A DNA stretch of 63,167 bases, the filler included, from Octopus bimaculoides (Eukaryota): the NCBI RefSeq assembly GCF_001194135.2. It is 7 parts of 7 records of this genome, joined end to end, with 100 filler letters (N's around TTAATTAATTAA, not from the genome) between each part and the next. Parts side by side here need not be neighbours in the genome. Positions count along the whole stretch, not along the records: positions 21,960 to 31,272 come from NC_068986.1; positions 31,373 to 39,128 come from NC_068981.1; 5 more parts are not named here. One strand, 5' to 3'. Under the pieces are notes generated by a model, which saw nothing but the letters and a program-made list of their open reading frames with translations, was not told the DNA's origin and did not search any database. The first letter of the stretch is position 1. Every line of letters starts with the position of its first letter. This document shows, piece after piece, positions 24,901 through 36,390 of the stretch. The position numbers and the translations under genes are program-made.

Positions 24901-25921
24901 CACCCAGCACTATCTCTAACTGACCCCGACGTATCAGTCTACGGACCTGTGCTTTAATGGCATCTTCTTGATCGTTCCACCACATGGCTAAGTAAATTGT
25001 TTCACTCCACACAAATGTCATGTTAGGGTACGTGGTCAGTTTCTGCACTATGTTGTCAAGTATGTGCTTTGTCTGATCTGAGTAGTACTCATCCACTGTT
25101 TTCAGCCATCCTGGGTCATTATGTGAATGAGGGACAACAATAACAGTAAGACCGTCTTCGCTGACTTTACTGCTGCTACTACTACTACTACTACTGCTAC
25201 TTATACTATCTCTACTGTGGTCAGCAGCAGCAACGGCACCACCGCCGCCGCCAGGGCCATCACCATCCACGTTACTATGATGAGAATCGTCATCATCATC
25301 ATCATCATCGTCACCAGCATCATCACCATCAACAACAACAAGTTCAGCATTGTTAGATGATAACAATGAAGCAGACTTTAATGATGATGATGATGATAAT
25401 GATAACGATGGTGATGATGAAAGAGAAGAATCTAATAACACTAAGGAGTTTGATAATGATAACGATGATGAGGATGATAATGATGATAAAGACTTTGATA
25501 ATGATGACGATGACAAAGATGATGATAACGATGATGATGATAAAGATAATAAATCTAAAGCTTTGTTAGGGTTTGGGAGCGGATATGAACCGTCAGCCAT
25601 GACATCATAAACAAGTTTGGGTATCATATCAAATGTGGAAAAGTTTGCTGTGACAATCCTGTCAATGGACGGTGTCGTGCTCCACGAGCATGCGTGGTGG
25701 CGATGTCGTGGCGGCTGCCAGTCCAACTGGTTTGGCCAGAGCTTAATGGCCAACAGACGAGTCCGGCTGATTTGTTGTTGTGGCCAGGGCATGCTCTGGT
25801 CGAATAAGAGAAAAAATGCAAATGAGAAGAAAGTAGCTCCAAAAAGAATGAAGAGGCGTTGATTAAACTTCATCCTTCCTGTGATTCGACCAGTGGTCAA
25901 GTTGATTGTGGTATTTTTCAT
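21995..25921 (-). CDS. Golgi alpha-mannosidase II-like protein (GH38), type II membrane, single coding exon, 1308 aa from first ATG
   Basis: Uninterrupted ORF with an N-terminal TM segment (LFILFGATFFSFAFFLLF). It retains the GH38 motifs VPHSHNDPGW (Zn His/Asp), WSIDAFGH (nucleophile Asp), PLGDDFRY (acid/base Asp) and FQHHDAITGT (Zn His). MAN2A1/MAN2A2-like; orthology not resolved. Confidence 0.95.
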   Translation of the reverse strand: MKNTTINLTTGRITGRMKFNQRLFILFGATFFSFAFFLLFDQSMPWPQQQISRTRLLAIKLWPNQLDWQPPRHRHHACSWSTTPSIDRIVTANFSTFDMIPKLVYDVMADGSYPLPNPNKALDLLSLSSSSLSSSLSSSSLSKSLSSLSSSSSLSLSNSLVLLDSSLSSSPSLSLSSSSSLKSASLLSSNNAELVVVDGDDAGDDDDDDDDDSHHSNVDGDGPGGGGGAVAAADHSRDSISSSSSSSSSSSKVSEDGLTVIVVPHSHNDPGWLKTVDEYYSDQTKHILDNIVQKLTTYPNMTFVWSETIYLAMWWNDQEDAIKAQVRRLIRRGQLEIVLGGWVMPDEATTHYYAIVDQLIEGHRWVMDNLHVIPENSWSIDAFGHSGTMPYLLKEAGLKNMVIQRIHGAVKGYLAKRKSLEFNWRQYWDPKGTKDMMCHTMPYMLYSIKYTCGPDKFFCLLYDFRNIPGERREGKSREITMKNIEIQAEYLYKEYMKKNFLYKYNVILVPLGDDFRYDKELEWDQQYQNYMMLFHYMNSRRDWNIKLRFGTLRDYFDIVRKRQLVYPNYFGDDSLKLPSLSGDFFPYSDKNYDYWTGFYTTRPFDKRFSRNLESYLRAADILYFLACSYSSIWDVPYEKSFEAAGMLKRARRYLGLFQHHDAITGTAKDNVVLDYEEKLAISYNLTQTVIGDALEILLYRSKNGPTKFVTPETVRISPTTSPQKQILRVDKAGLRLILFNQLLQQRQDIVTVLVSTNNIEVLDESKNSIPCQINPYWTDHTTVSNSVFELVFLANMAPLASTVYTLQIPIEEPKNTYLARIGAINHEHLVIPSTSGFVKEKPWFSSNPESIVLENSIIKATFSGSRGLLQEVVDKTTGNSTQIKLDFLAYLSQGSGAYLFLPNGRARSITNSKHIVRVVRGPLVSEVHVLHKYILHRIKLYDVPGLQRHALHIENTVNIKSFRDREVIMRLQTDIKNPNQTFFTDQNGFQMIGRRNQPRLHVEANYYPVTTMVMLEDDLRRLSLHVDHSHGVACLETGMVEVMLDRQLSYDDERGLGQGVEDIKPVISKFVLHLEPRYKGKQSTSNGDDTVNNKHNVKEDTLQFDSEATQRHEAAQNINVDRNKDGISKTLVRNSDGNAQNIKMNLPISNTFASYTDSQKSSIHTQELRFTYPSLLGIYLNYYLQHPLITYFTNMPSEKLAPTFLPIDGQIPCDINILSLRVLVNSDLVQNGSSLILNREGFSCEFPTSEPVCSSNWGQFPVNAMFGKIPLKSFRRTSLSHLYDLETLSPNSVLKLAHMEVSSYILKT

Positions 25922-26032
25922 TGCTGATGCGCTGCCGACTGTCGATGGTGGCGATGAGGTCGGGCTGGACACACTGTCCGAATATTCGCAATCTGTGGTA
26001 AGCGACCCCAGCCTTGCTTTAGTGTGCGTAAT

Positions 26033-26070
26033 CTGGGAAAAGAAAAAAAACAGAAAAGAGAAAGAAATTA
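26033..26070 (-). other. 3' splice acceptor upstream of the mannosidase coding exon
   Basis: Minus strand taatttctttctcttttctgttttttttcttttcccAG|ATTACG; the exon would start at 26032, in phase 0 with the ORF and open through to the ATG at 25921. Confidence 0.75.
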
Positions 26071-26234
26071 ATAAGTTTGTTAAATTTAATTGTATAAAAA
26101 ATTAAATATCAACATTATTTCTTACAACACTTGTGTCTATGTTAGCAAATATATAAATACACTGCATTTAATATTATGAGAATGATTATGATTGCAAAGA
26201 TGGTGGCTAACACGATGTGAAAAATAACGATGGA

Positions 26235-26840
26235 TGCGCAGTGGTGGCTGTATGGTAAGAAGGCGGCGAGCTGGCAGAAACGTTAGCACGCCGGGAGAAA
26301 TGCTTAGCGGTATTTCGTCTGCCGTTGCGTTCTGAGTTCAAATTCCGCCGAGGTCGACTTTGCGTTTCATCCTTTCGGGGTCGATAAATTAAGTACCAGT
26401 TACGCACTGAGGTCAATGTAATCGACTTAATCTCGTTGTCTGTCCTTGTTTGCCCCCTCCATGTTTAGCCCCTTGTGGGCAATAAAGAAATAAGAAGCTT
26501 GCTTACCAACCACATGATTCCGGACTCAGTCCCACTGCGTGGCACCTTGGCCGACCAGAGCCTTGTGGGTGGATTTGATAGACGGAAACTGAAAGAAGTC
26601 CACCGTGTGTAGTGTGTGTATGTGTATTTGTGTATCTTTGTTTGCCCCACCAACATCGCTTGACAATCGATGTTGTGTTTATGTGCCCGTAACCTAGCAG
26701 TTTAGCAAAAGATACCGATAGAATAAGTATAAGGATTATAAACGTATGCCTTACAAACGTATAATTGCTGGAGACGATTTGTTCTATTAACAGTGGTACT
26801 CCAGCATGGCCGCAGTAAAATGGCAAACAAACAAAAGAAA
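26235..26840 (+). mobile_element. SINE family B interrupted by a family A SINE (26263-26490)
   Basis: Family B head gtggctgtatggtaagaag resumes at aagcttgcttaccaaccac; TAAGAAG is duplicated at 26256-26262 and 26491-26497. Confidence 0.85.
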
Positions 26841-26864
26841 AAAAATAATAATTATATCATAAAC

Positions 26865-27200
26865 ACAAGAGCACTTAGAGAGCGCAAACCGCTGCCAAAG
26901 CAACACCAACGTCCTCTCAACGATTAGTGAGAGAGGATTTTTAAAATAAGAATATCTGAACGACTGCTCTCACAAATGAGAATACTAAAAATGAACCCGA
27001 CCACTCTGAAAAAATAAGTTAAAAAACGGTAAAGATAATCCAGAATCCTTGTCCGGTACCGGAAAAAATCTAATCAGTTCGTGCCAGACACAAAGGCAAA
27101 CATCCCTGAAAGTTTCATTCGAATCCATCCAGCGGTTCTTTAGATATCTTGTCACGGACAAACAAACAAACAAACAAAGTCTTCTGAAAACAATGCCGTA
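26865..27200 (+). mobile_element. Helentron-associated HINE/pearl-like non-autonomous element
   Basis: acaagagcacttagagagcgca start, aaagtttcattcgaatccatccagcggttcttagatatc block and (AAAC)n tail resemble molluscan HINE-type repeats. Confidence 0.45.
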
Positions 27201-27280
27201 AATAGTACTGGACGTACAAGATGTATCAGAAAAGTAACACGATCAAGTGTGCTTTGTGAGCTATTAGTGTGTTGCGTCAT

Positions 27281-27514
27281 TGTTGTTGGCACTCCGTCGG
27301 TGACGACGAGAGTTCCAGTGGATCCGATCAACGAAACAGCCTGCTCGTGAAATTAACGTGCAAGTGGCTGAGCACTCCACTGACACGTGTACCCTTAACG
27401 TAGTTCTCGGGGAGATTCAGCGTGACACAGAGTGTGACAAGGCTGGCCCTTTGAAATACAGGTACAACAGAAACAAGAAGAAAGAGTGAGAAAAAGTTGT
27501 GGTGAAAGAGTACA
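27281..27514 (-). mobile_element. tRNA-derived SINE family C, 3' part (rest in gap)
   Basis: Near-identical to 46527-46760. Confidence 0.85.
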
Positions 27515-27819
27515 NNNNNNNNNNNNNNNNNNNNNNNNNNNNNNNNNNNNNNNNNNNNNNNNNNNNNNNNNNNNNNNNNNNNNNNNNNNNNNNNNNNNNN
27601 NNNNNNNNNNNNNNNNNNNNNNNNNNNNNNNNNNNNNNNNNNNNNNNNNNNNNNNNNNNNNNNNNNNNNNNNNNNNNNNNNNNNNNNNNNNNNNNNNNNN
27701 NNNNNNNNNNNNNNNNNNNNNNNNNNNNNNNNNNNNNNNNNNNNNNNNNNNNNNNNNNNNNNNNNNNNNNNNNNNNNNNNNNNNNNNNNNNNNNNNNNNN
27801 NNNNNNNNNNNNNNNNNNN

Positions 27820-28470
27820 ACAATCTCAGCTTTCTGTAGCCATTGTATGTTTTTTCACGTGCTTTTGTTAACAGCTCCTCGATTTTAAGCCGACTTGCAA
27901 CGAGCACAGTGCAATGAACCAGCCTGAAGTTTCTGGTCTGCCTGGGGAAAACTCCATCGGAAGCACTCGGACATTTGCTGCAAGTGTACGAAAAGAAGAC
28001 GATACCGGGCTCCCCCCACTTTTTTTTCGAGTGGGACAAGTGGTTTAAAGAGGGATGCGAGGACGTGAAAGACAAACAAACCCCAGGAGCGGAAGGCCTT
28101 CAGCGAGCAGGATTGAGGCCAATCCTGCTCGTACAGGATTGGCCTCAATCCTACGTACATGTGGCAGATGGACCGTGGCGATCGTCAGCTGACTGATCGA
28201 CTGATTACCAGTGTGTTGCGCAGAACAACTCGTAGCTGCTCCACCATGACAATGCGCCAGCTCACAAAAACTCTAAGCATCCGGCAGTTCCTTGTTGAGA
28301 ACAACATCGCTGTGTTGGAGTAACCTGTTTACTCCACCCGACCAGACTCCGTGCGATTTTTCCTTTTTTCTCCAAGCTCAAGCAGGACAATAAAGGGAAC
28401 ACGTTTTCCTGCGTGGAAGCCATCAAGAGGGCCGGGACGATGGTGCTGCAGAGAAATCCTTCAAAACTGC
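27820..28470 (+). mobile_element. Internally deleted mariner transposase pseudogene
   Basis: LKFLVCLGKTPSEALGHLLQVY..FEWDKWFKEGCEDVKD (HTH), LLHHDNAPAH and PDQTPCDFFLF; a possible left end (tacaagatgtatcagaaaagtaac) lies at 27215. Confidence 0.85.
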
Positions 28471-28520
28471 TGGCATTGTGCCAAAATCAGAAGAAAAACA
28501 TTATTATTACACAATGTTAA

Positions 28521-28900
28521 GGCAGCGAATTGGCAGGATCGTTAGCACGCTGGACGAAATTTCTTAGCGGTATTTCGTCCGTCACTACGTTCTGAGTTCA
28601 AATTCTGCCGAGGTCAACTATACCTTTTATCCTTTTGGGGTCGATTAAATAAGTACCAGTTACGCACTGTGTCGATGTAATCGGCTTAATCTCTTACCCC
28701 AGATTTGGAGGTTTTGTGTTTCCAGTAGAAAGGATTATTACACACTGTTCTATTTGATCTATAGGTAGCGAACAGGCAGAATGGTTAGCACGCTGGGTAA
28801 AATGGTTAATGGTATTTCGTCCATCTTAGTTCAAATTCCACAGAGGCAGACTTTGACTTTCATTCTTTCCTTCAATTCCATGCTGCTCCAGTCCATGTGG
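28521..28900 (+). mobile_element. Two degenerate family A SINEs
   Basis: ggcagcgaattggcagga..gttctgagttcaaattctgccgaggtcaac..aagtaccagt, followed by a second partial copy. Confidence 0.8.
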
Positions 28901-28952
28901 CTGGTAAGAATGAGTAATCCCGCGACGGACTGGTGTCTCGTCCAGAGAAAGA

Positions 28953-28991
<39 letters not shown>

Positions 28992-30299
28992 AGAGAAATC
29001 AAGAAAACAGCTCTGTGCTCTTTACGAAGTAATGGGGACAAACCATAACCATATTTTCTTATGCTACAACAGTTCTGCCTCCTTGAGGTCGACGTAACCG
29101 AGTTAACTGCATTAAATTTAACTAGAAAAACTGCACCTCTGTGTCAAGCCATGTAGAGCCAATGTGACAGAGTAGGTTCATCAAACCGTATGATCTCAAA
29201 CTCAAATTCACGACCTCCACATTAGGCTGTGGTTGAATGGAGAGAACATGCTGGGCCTTTGCGCTGCTGTGGACCGAACAGTGGACTGCAATCCAATCGA
29301 ATATTTGAGCAGGTGACCTCGCCTTGAGGATATTTCCTTCCAGTGTGTTTCAGCTTCGGTCATTATGAACAGAACATCCACCTCCTGTCACCTAAAACTA
29401 GCGAAAGATCAGAAACATCCTTAAGCATGTGTGTACCTAAGTATTTCAGTAGATCACATACATTACATGCATACCAGTTGACAGTGGAAACTGTAAATGA
29501 AGCGTTCAATTTTTGCACACACAAAGGAAAGGAAGAAGCTGCTGATACAAAACTAGTTGATATTATGAGCAATCAAATTTTAAAATGTCCTTAGTTGTAT
29601 CAATTATGTATTACATATTTTATGAGGATATAATAAAAGTCAGAATTACATTAAATAATTCACAATTCAGCTCAAGACAACAGAAGTAACAGTACTAGGA
29701 ATTAACTAAATCAACCATCAGAATTCAAGTGCAGCAACAGTGTAACCTGCCCAAGTAAAGGTTTGTGCCTGACAAGGACACAAGTGTATAGAGCTAAAAT
29801 AACATCACAGGTGGTATCAAAGAACTGCATGAGAGTAAAAGGGGATATTTAAAAGCAGTCATAAACAACACACTCATTCCTTCAGATCCAAAGATAAAAT
29901 ACATGTTGCTTCTATATAGCAATAGGATAGAATTGAAAACAACTGCATGGCGTGGTCTTTATTTGATCGGGAAATACGATGTGTGAACAAAACCAATGAC
30001 ATGCAAAGTATCAATAGTATATTTCGATGTATATTTAACATTAAGGTGTTACAAAAAATAAAATAGCTACTAAAAAGAAATAACTTCTTACAACGAATGG
30101 AGTATACACACTGCCCCTCATAAAAGCCACTGATGTGTCTGTTTGTGTGATTACACACACACACACTCCTACCTTGACTTCATCTCATCTTATTGCCCTC
30201 ACACCATGCACATCATTCCCTATTCCCAATTGATTTACGCTATAGACTGCACCATTCCTACGGAACCTAGTCTCAATGTATGATCAGGCTCGTTATTTG

Positions 30300-30830
30300 A
30301 ATACCCTGCTATCATATTCATAGTTACCTACACCTATAATATTAACCATACTTTATACCTCTTTGACCAACCTTGACCACTCCTCGCTTATCACCACACC
30401 ACACTACTTCTTCAATAATCCTAGTCCTATAGTCGGGCAATGCCATTCCAAACAGTTCAAGCTCCTCTGTTCTGTTTAATGAACCAAAAATCTGCTACAT
30501 AATTGTCCAGAGCTAATCCCTCAGTGCATTCACTCGACTTAGCTCAGTTCCCATCCCACTTACCCGTACTTACAATTTTTTGTCCTTGCACAGTTACTGG
30601 ACGCAACAAACGGTTTCATCTGTACAATCAAGAACCTCAAATACCAACTGTGTGGAGGAGACTGGTTAGCATTACGCAATGGATTTATGGAATATCTTAG
30701 AGTCATTCATGCTAATGGATAAACTGCCACCCATCATTTCTGCTCAGTTAACGATACCAATGAACACGTCATTGCTTGCAGTCTTCCTTTACGTTATGCA
30801 CCCTCAATCTCTTACCCATGATGCAAACAA
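30300..30830 (+). mobile_element. Eroded PLE GIY-YIG endonuclease remnant
   Basis: GGDWLALRNGFMEYLRVIHANG*TATHHF resembles GET..L..RF.EHLR.I..N...A.HF. Confidence 0.35.
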
Positions 30831-30997
30831 TGACTCACCATCTAACAAGGGTTGGGCAGTTTGACTGGAGCTCACCAGCTGAAGGGACAAGTACCAATAT
30901 CTCATGGAGCAGGTTTGATATTTGTTAAGAAATTTTCTCTATTCATGAAACCAACGATAGCCTTGTTAATCAACAAATAAGGAACAGTCATCCACCA

Positions 30998-31272
30998 GTG
31001 CATATATATGTATATTTACATACATACATACATATATACATACATATATGTATATTTACATACATACATACATATATATATACATACATATGTATATTTA
31101 CATACATACATACATATATATATACATACATATATGTATATTTACATACATACATACATACATACACATACATATATGTATATTTACATACATACATACA
31201 TACATATATACATACATATATGTATATTTACATACATACATACATACATATATACATACATATATGTATATT
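30998..31272 (+). repeat. TA-rich minisatellite (~26-30 bp unit tatatgtatatttacatacatacata...)
   Basis: About nine tandem copies visible before the gap. Confidence 0.85.
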
Positions 31273-31372
31273 NNNNNNNNNNNNNNNNNNNNNNNNNNNN
31301 NNNNNNNNNNNNNNNNTTAATTAATTAANNNNNNNNNNNNNNNNNNNNNNNNNNNNNNNNNNNNNNNNNNNN

Positions 31373-31780
31373 GTAACTGGTATTAAATTTTATCGACTTC
31401 GAAAGGATGAAAGACAAAGTCGAACTCGGCTGAATTCGAACTCAATACCTAATGGTAGACGAAATACCGCTGAGTATTTCGCCCGGCGTGCTAACGAGTG
31501 TGCCAGCTCGCTGCCTTAGTATTATGTAATAATATAATACTAGCTGGATTGGTGAAAAATTCGCGGAAAACATAAAAAATGTAAGCATCTGTAAACAGTG
31601 TACTGGTGCCATGAGAAATGTTTGTATATTATGACCGTCTCTCTTTATGTTCTGAGTTCAAATTCTGCCTAGGTTGACTTTGCCTTTCGTCCTTTCAGGG
31701 GCGATAAATTAAGTACCATTTGTGTACTAGGGTCGATCTAATCAACTGGCCCCCTCACCACAAAGATATTCAGGCCTAGA
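31373..31780. mobile_element. Divergent pair of family A SINEs (minus 31373-31520, plus 31590-31780)
   Basis: Family A head and core motifs on opposite strands. Confidence 0.8.
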
Positions 31781-32769
31781 AAAGTATATTGCGACAGTTA
31801 CAGAATATAGAAAGTAATGTAACACCAATGACAATATAATCCAACCAAAATATCTCAGTTACACAAACGTAAACGGAATTACTATTTAACCTTAAAATAC
31901 ATCATACATATTCAAAGAACCTTATTGTACAAATTAAAATGCAAAAGAACAAAATAATAAATGGATTTATAAAAGAAAGTTTGGTAATTACGTTTATTTC
32001 CACCACGCGACACTTATTATTGCAAATATGTTTTAACTATACACACACACACAAATACATTCATATATATATGTCTCGAGTTGTAGCTGTAATTCAAAGG
32101 AGCCAGCCTTGTCATATTCCGTGTGAGGCTGAATCTCCCTGAGAACTACGTTCATCTTATGCATGTCTGTGGAGTACTCAGCCATTTGTGAGTTAATTTT
32201 ATCCTCGTGAGGTAATGAAAAGTGAAATTGACATCCAAAAAAGGTGTGCTTCAGATCTATATATTGGTATGTATTGTAAGAAACAGCTAGGTTTCTTTCT
32301 CTAACATTTTACATAAAATGTGATAAACAAAACAAATAGGAATTTTGAAAGAAGTTTCTATAAAACTAGTTTTGAAAAATCGCATGGTTAAGGTGACACA
32401 CCAGAAGAGAATAGTAATCAAAGGGGTCCATAGATGAAAAATGATTGAGAACCCCTACTCTAAGAAAAGGAGCATATAGCTATATATATATATATATATA
32501 TATATTGTTCGAAAATATAAAGACACAAATCGTGTCGTATAGCCAGCTGGAGACGATGTCTCTTGGAGCTAAGTTACAGCAACATTCATCCTAAACCTGG
32601 ACTGCCATGTTATGTTGGCAAACAATCTTTACTACATAATACATTTGTATTGCAATATTTAAATTTTTCATTGAAAACTTTTTTCAGTGTTCTCGTTCTG
32701 TTAACGGCTAAGCGTTCCGGCGAGTATACTGGCATTGATGAAGCAACATTTAAAATACTGTCCAGGTAA

Positions 32770-32848
32770 ATCTAGTTGAAGAAGACTAATCAAATTTACA
32801 ATAACGAACGTATTTGAATTTGAAGAGTCCGAAACCTAGGTACTGGAT
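32770..32848 (+). ncRNA. Degenerate minimal hammerhead motif
   Basis: atctag-TTGAAGA-agact...agtcc-GAAA-cctagg-TA-ctggat; palindromic stem III CCTAGG, C3->U substitution in the core. Confidence 0.45.
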
Positions 32849-33002
32849 TATCCGATTCTGGGTTGTCCATTTATCGAATGTTCTTCCTAGAGGTAAGACG
32901 AAACTTTTTAGGTTCGCTGCCCTCACACGTAAAGCTATACTATAACATCGTAAATTTATCGACTGCTATTTCCAGTAAACATTGGTGCCTTGTTGTACCA
33001 CT

Positions 33003-33047
<45 letters not shown>

Positions 33048-33524
33048 ATATATATATATGTATGTATATGCGTGCACATATGAATACGCACATATCCCCA
33101 CGTCAGTCTGCTTGTACGTATAAAATGCTAAGTCGACTTCAGAGGAAACACTACAGCCTGCCACAACCAGTTAAACGCATAATAAATGAGAAAGCAGATC
33201 TTACTTCTACTGTTAGCCTTGCCTCACATCACTCCCTCCCCCCACTAACACACCTCTACACATCAGCCTTCTTGTGCTGTTGCTATTACAACTATTTACT
33301 CCCCACCCTCCGCAATACACATCAACCTTCTACTGTTGTCACTATTAGAACTATTTACTCTTGTTATCAGCGCTAAGGTCAGTCTGTGATGTAACGGTAG
33401 CTGATAGCAACGTCATATTTCATTAAATTCATTGACAGACTCGAAAGCTCTGTCTTTGTGCGTCTGTCTGTCTGTCAGCCTCGTTTTCTCTGTATGTATG
33501 TGTGTGTGTGTGTATGAATATGTA

Positions 33525-33583
<59 letters not shown>

Positions 33584-33681
33584 TTATATATTTATATATA
33601 TGCATATCTATATATGTATAATATATGTATATATTTATATCTGCACATGTATATGTGTGTGTATATGTGTATATGTGTATA

Positions 33682-33767
<86 letters not shown>

Positions 33768-34904
33768 TATGTATATGTGTGTATATATAGATATATGAAA
33801 GGAGTGTGCTTGTGTATGTGTGTGTGTGTGTGTGTGTGTGCGTGGGTGCGTATGTATAGTTTGTTTTGTGTAAAGTTAGATATGCAAACAATCAAAACAT
33901 TTACGCACAATAGAACATTTGTTTTATTTTAACAAAGATTGACAGGGACTTCGAAGTTTAGACTCAGCTGCCTTCATGTGCTTGTGTGTGTATGTATGAA
34001 AATGTACATATACATATATACGCTCCTAACCACGAACATAAATCATGAAAAGCCATTTGATCCATTGAAGAACCACAAAATATATATATATATACTCTTA
34101 GTTTAGTTATTAACTGTACGGTCTATTATGACGTGGCAAAAATGTTCGTCACTCTTCTGCGACCTTTTTAGTGGCATAATTTCATTGCAGTGTGTTCATA
34201 AAATACTAAAATGACTATTCTATAATGTAATGTTGTTCAAGTCACTAGTCAAAAGTATACTAATCTAAAATATGTGTTCGTAATATGTATTATATTAAAT
34301 TTAAATTATTCGTTACATATGGCCATATGTTTCGTTCTAAACGAGATTTTCAAATGAATGAGATATTTGGTTCAATGGGGAAGAAGACTGTGAAATCATG
34401 AGGTATAGTAGTTAGAGAGACAGGGAGAGGGGGTACATCTAAAGTTAAAATACTTATGTATTATAATTAGTTGCATGGACTCGGAATTTAGTAGTGAACA
34501 GAAATTAAAAAATTCACTTTCCGTTTCAAATTTTAAGCCCTACAGTAAAGACTCCTTCCCACTTATAGTTCCATTAATATTTTGGCTCTCGATAGTCTTC
34601 CCTCTTTTATCGCCATATTCCGCCCTTTGATATGCTTCTCCTGGCTCTTTTAATTCAAAATAATGTGAACATTTTTTATCGTATGTATCTTTAGAATAAC
34701 CGATTTTCTTTAAAATCTTACTCGTTTCTAACTTCAAAATCCACGAACTAGACCAAATATTCTACTTGCTTTTAAAGAGCTCACAGAGAGGAACATACGG
34801 CCATCTGTAATGAATGAACGCTTTTAATTTGATGTTACATATAATATTATTCTAGACGTCCATCGTTTTATGGCTTCTGTGTCAGAAATAACATTCCATA
34901 CATC

Positions 34905-34958
<54 letters not shown>

Positions 34959-35881
34959 CATATATTATACATATATATGTATGTGTATGTATACACATAC
35001 ACACGTGTGTATATATATATGTATAAAGATACACACACAGGGGTGTATATATATATATATATATNNNNNNNNNNNNNNNNNNNNNNNNNNNNNNNNNNNN
35101 NNNNNNNNNNNNNNNNNNNNNNNNNNNNNNNAGCTAGAGAAGTACTCTAGCATTGAACAATCTATTTTGTTTGTTTGCATCTTTCACTCACTACATCTCA
35201 TCTTCCTTTTCATCTTCATTACCATCATCGTCATCATCTCCCATCATCATCAGCATCATCGTCATCGTCGTCGTCGTCGTCATTGCTGTTATTGTTACCG
35301 AAGCAGTCTCCTTATCTCTTACAAAGCAAATAAGAAGGACTCAATAGAGATAGAAATATATTTACTCCCTCCGCCACCTCTTCTGGCCCCTGACTCTTTA
35401 ATACCCAACGCCCACCCACCACCCTCTACCTAATCTAGTGTTGGCGATCGTCTTGAGAATACGGTCGACACCCTTAGAATAACTTCCCTATGCTCTCGTC
35501 CATCTCTTACTACTCCCCCCACATCTCTAGCAAATCCTAAGAGGCAGGTCCTCCCCCTTTGTAATGCATTTACCTCCTCCCCACATTTTGTCGCTGTTTC
35601 CCTTTTCCCCTACACCTAGTAGTCAGACCCACCCCATTTCATAAAGCATTTACCCAACCTTCTCCGTCCCTCTACATCCCAGCACCGCCCCCCACCTTAG
35701 TCTTAATAGAAAGGTCCACTCCCTGAATATTATTTTATATTATCGCAATAAAAACATCGTTTATTGATTGGCATTAAGATATTATTGTAAGTGGTGGTGG
35801 TGCAGCTCCTCCTTGTAGTTGTCGTAACCATGATGATGTTGGTAATGAAACAGAAACAGTCGGCAAAGATATAGGGTTCAT

Positions 35882-35935
<54 letters not shown>

Positions 35936-35964
35936 TGTATGTATGTAACATAGATGGGCTAAGG

Positions 35965-36047
35965 TTCACTACAGCTGTTTCAGATGTGGGTTTTATTCAT
36001 GGACAAATCAATTACATCATGTAAAGAAATCGTTTTCTTCAGGTGAA
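35965..36047 (-). ncRNA. Degenerate minimal hammerhead motif
   Basis: Minus strand ttcac-CTGAAGA-...-GAAA-cagctg-TA-gtgaa; core and stem I intact, stem II not well paired. Confidence 0.45.
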
Positions 36048-36193
36048 TTAAGAGAAAAATTTAACACTTTTTTTTTCTCACATAATACATATTGACCCTC
36101 TCATTTCGGTGCTATTCCCTAGTCTACCCTTTACCTTCGTTATTAAAACATCTTGATTATATTGGATCCTGAAAATTCAACGATTCACATGTG

Positions 36194-36227
<34 letters not shown>

Positions 36228-36228
<1 letters not shown>

Positions 36229-36390
36229 GATGGGTTTCTTTCAGTTACCGTCTACCAAATCCACTCACAAAGCTTTGGTCGGCCTGAGGCTAGAGTAGAA
36301 GACACTTGTCCAAGGTGCCACGCAGTGGAACTGAACCCGGAACCCTGTGGTTGGGAAGGAAGCTTCTTACCACACAGCCACGTCTGCGCC
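36228..36390 (-). mobile_element. SINE family B
   Basis: Reverse complement of ggcgcagacgtggctgtgtggtaagaagcttcc..gttcagttccactgcgtggcaccttggacaag..gacggtaactgaaagaaaccc. Confidence 0.85.

Noticed and set aside
25127-25610. Plus-strand poly-Asp/poly-Thr/poly-Met ORFs overlapping the mannosidase
   Set aside because: Antisense shadows of the trinucleotide-repeat stem region, with no independent coding evidence.
29340-29594. Possible eroded DNA-transposase (Sola-like) fragment
   Set aside because: Only faint resemblance, no catalytic motif; cannot be supported without a profile search.
30988-33932. YI/HT/CV-repeat ORFs
   Set aside because: Translations of dinucleotide microsatellites.
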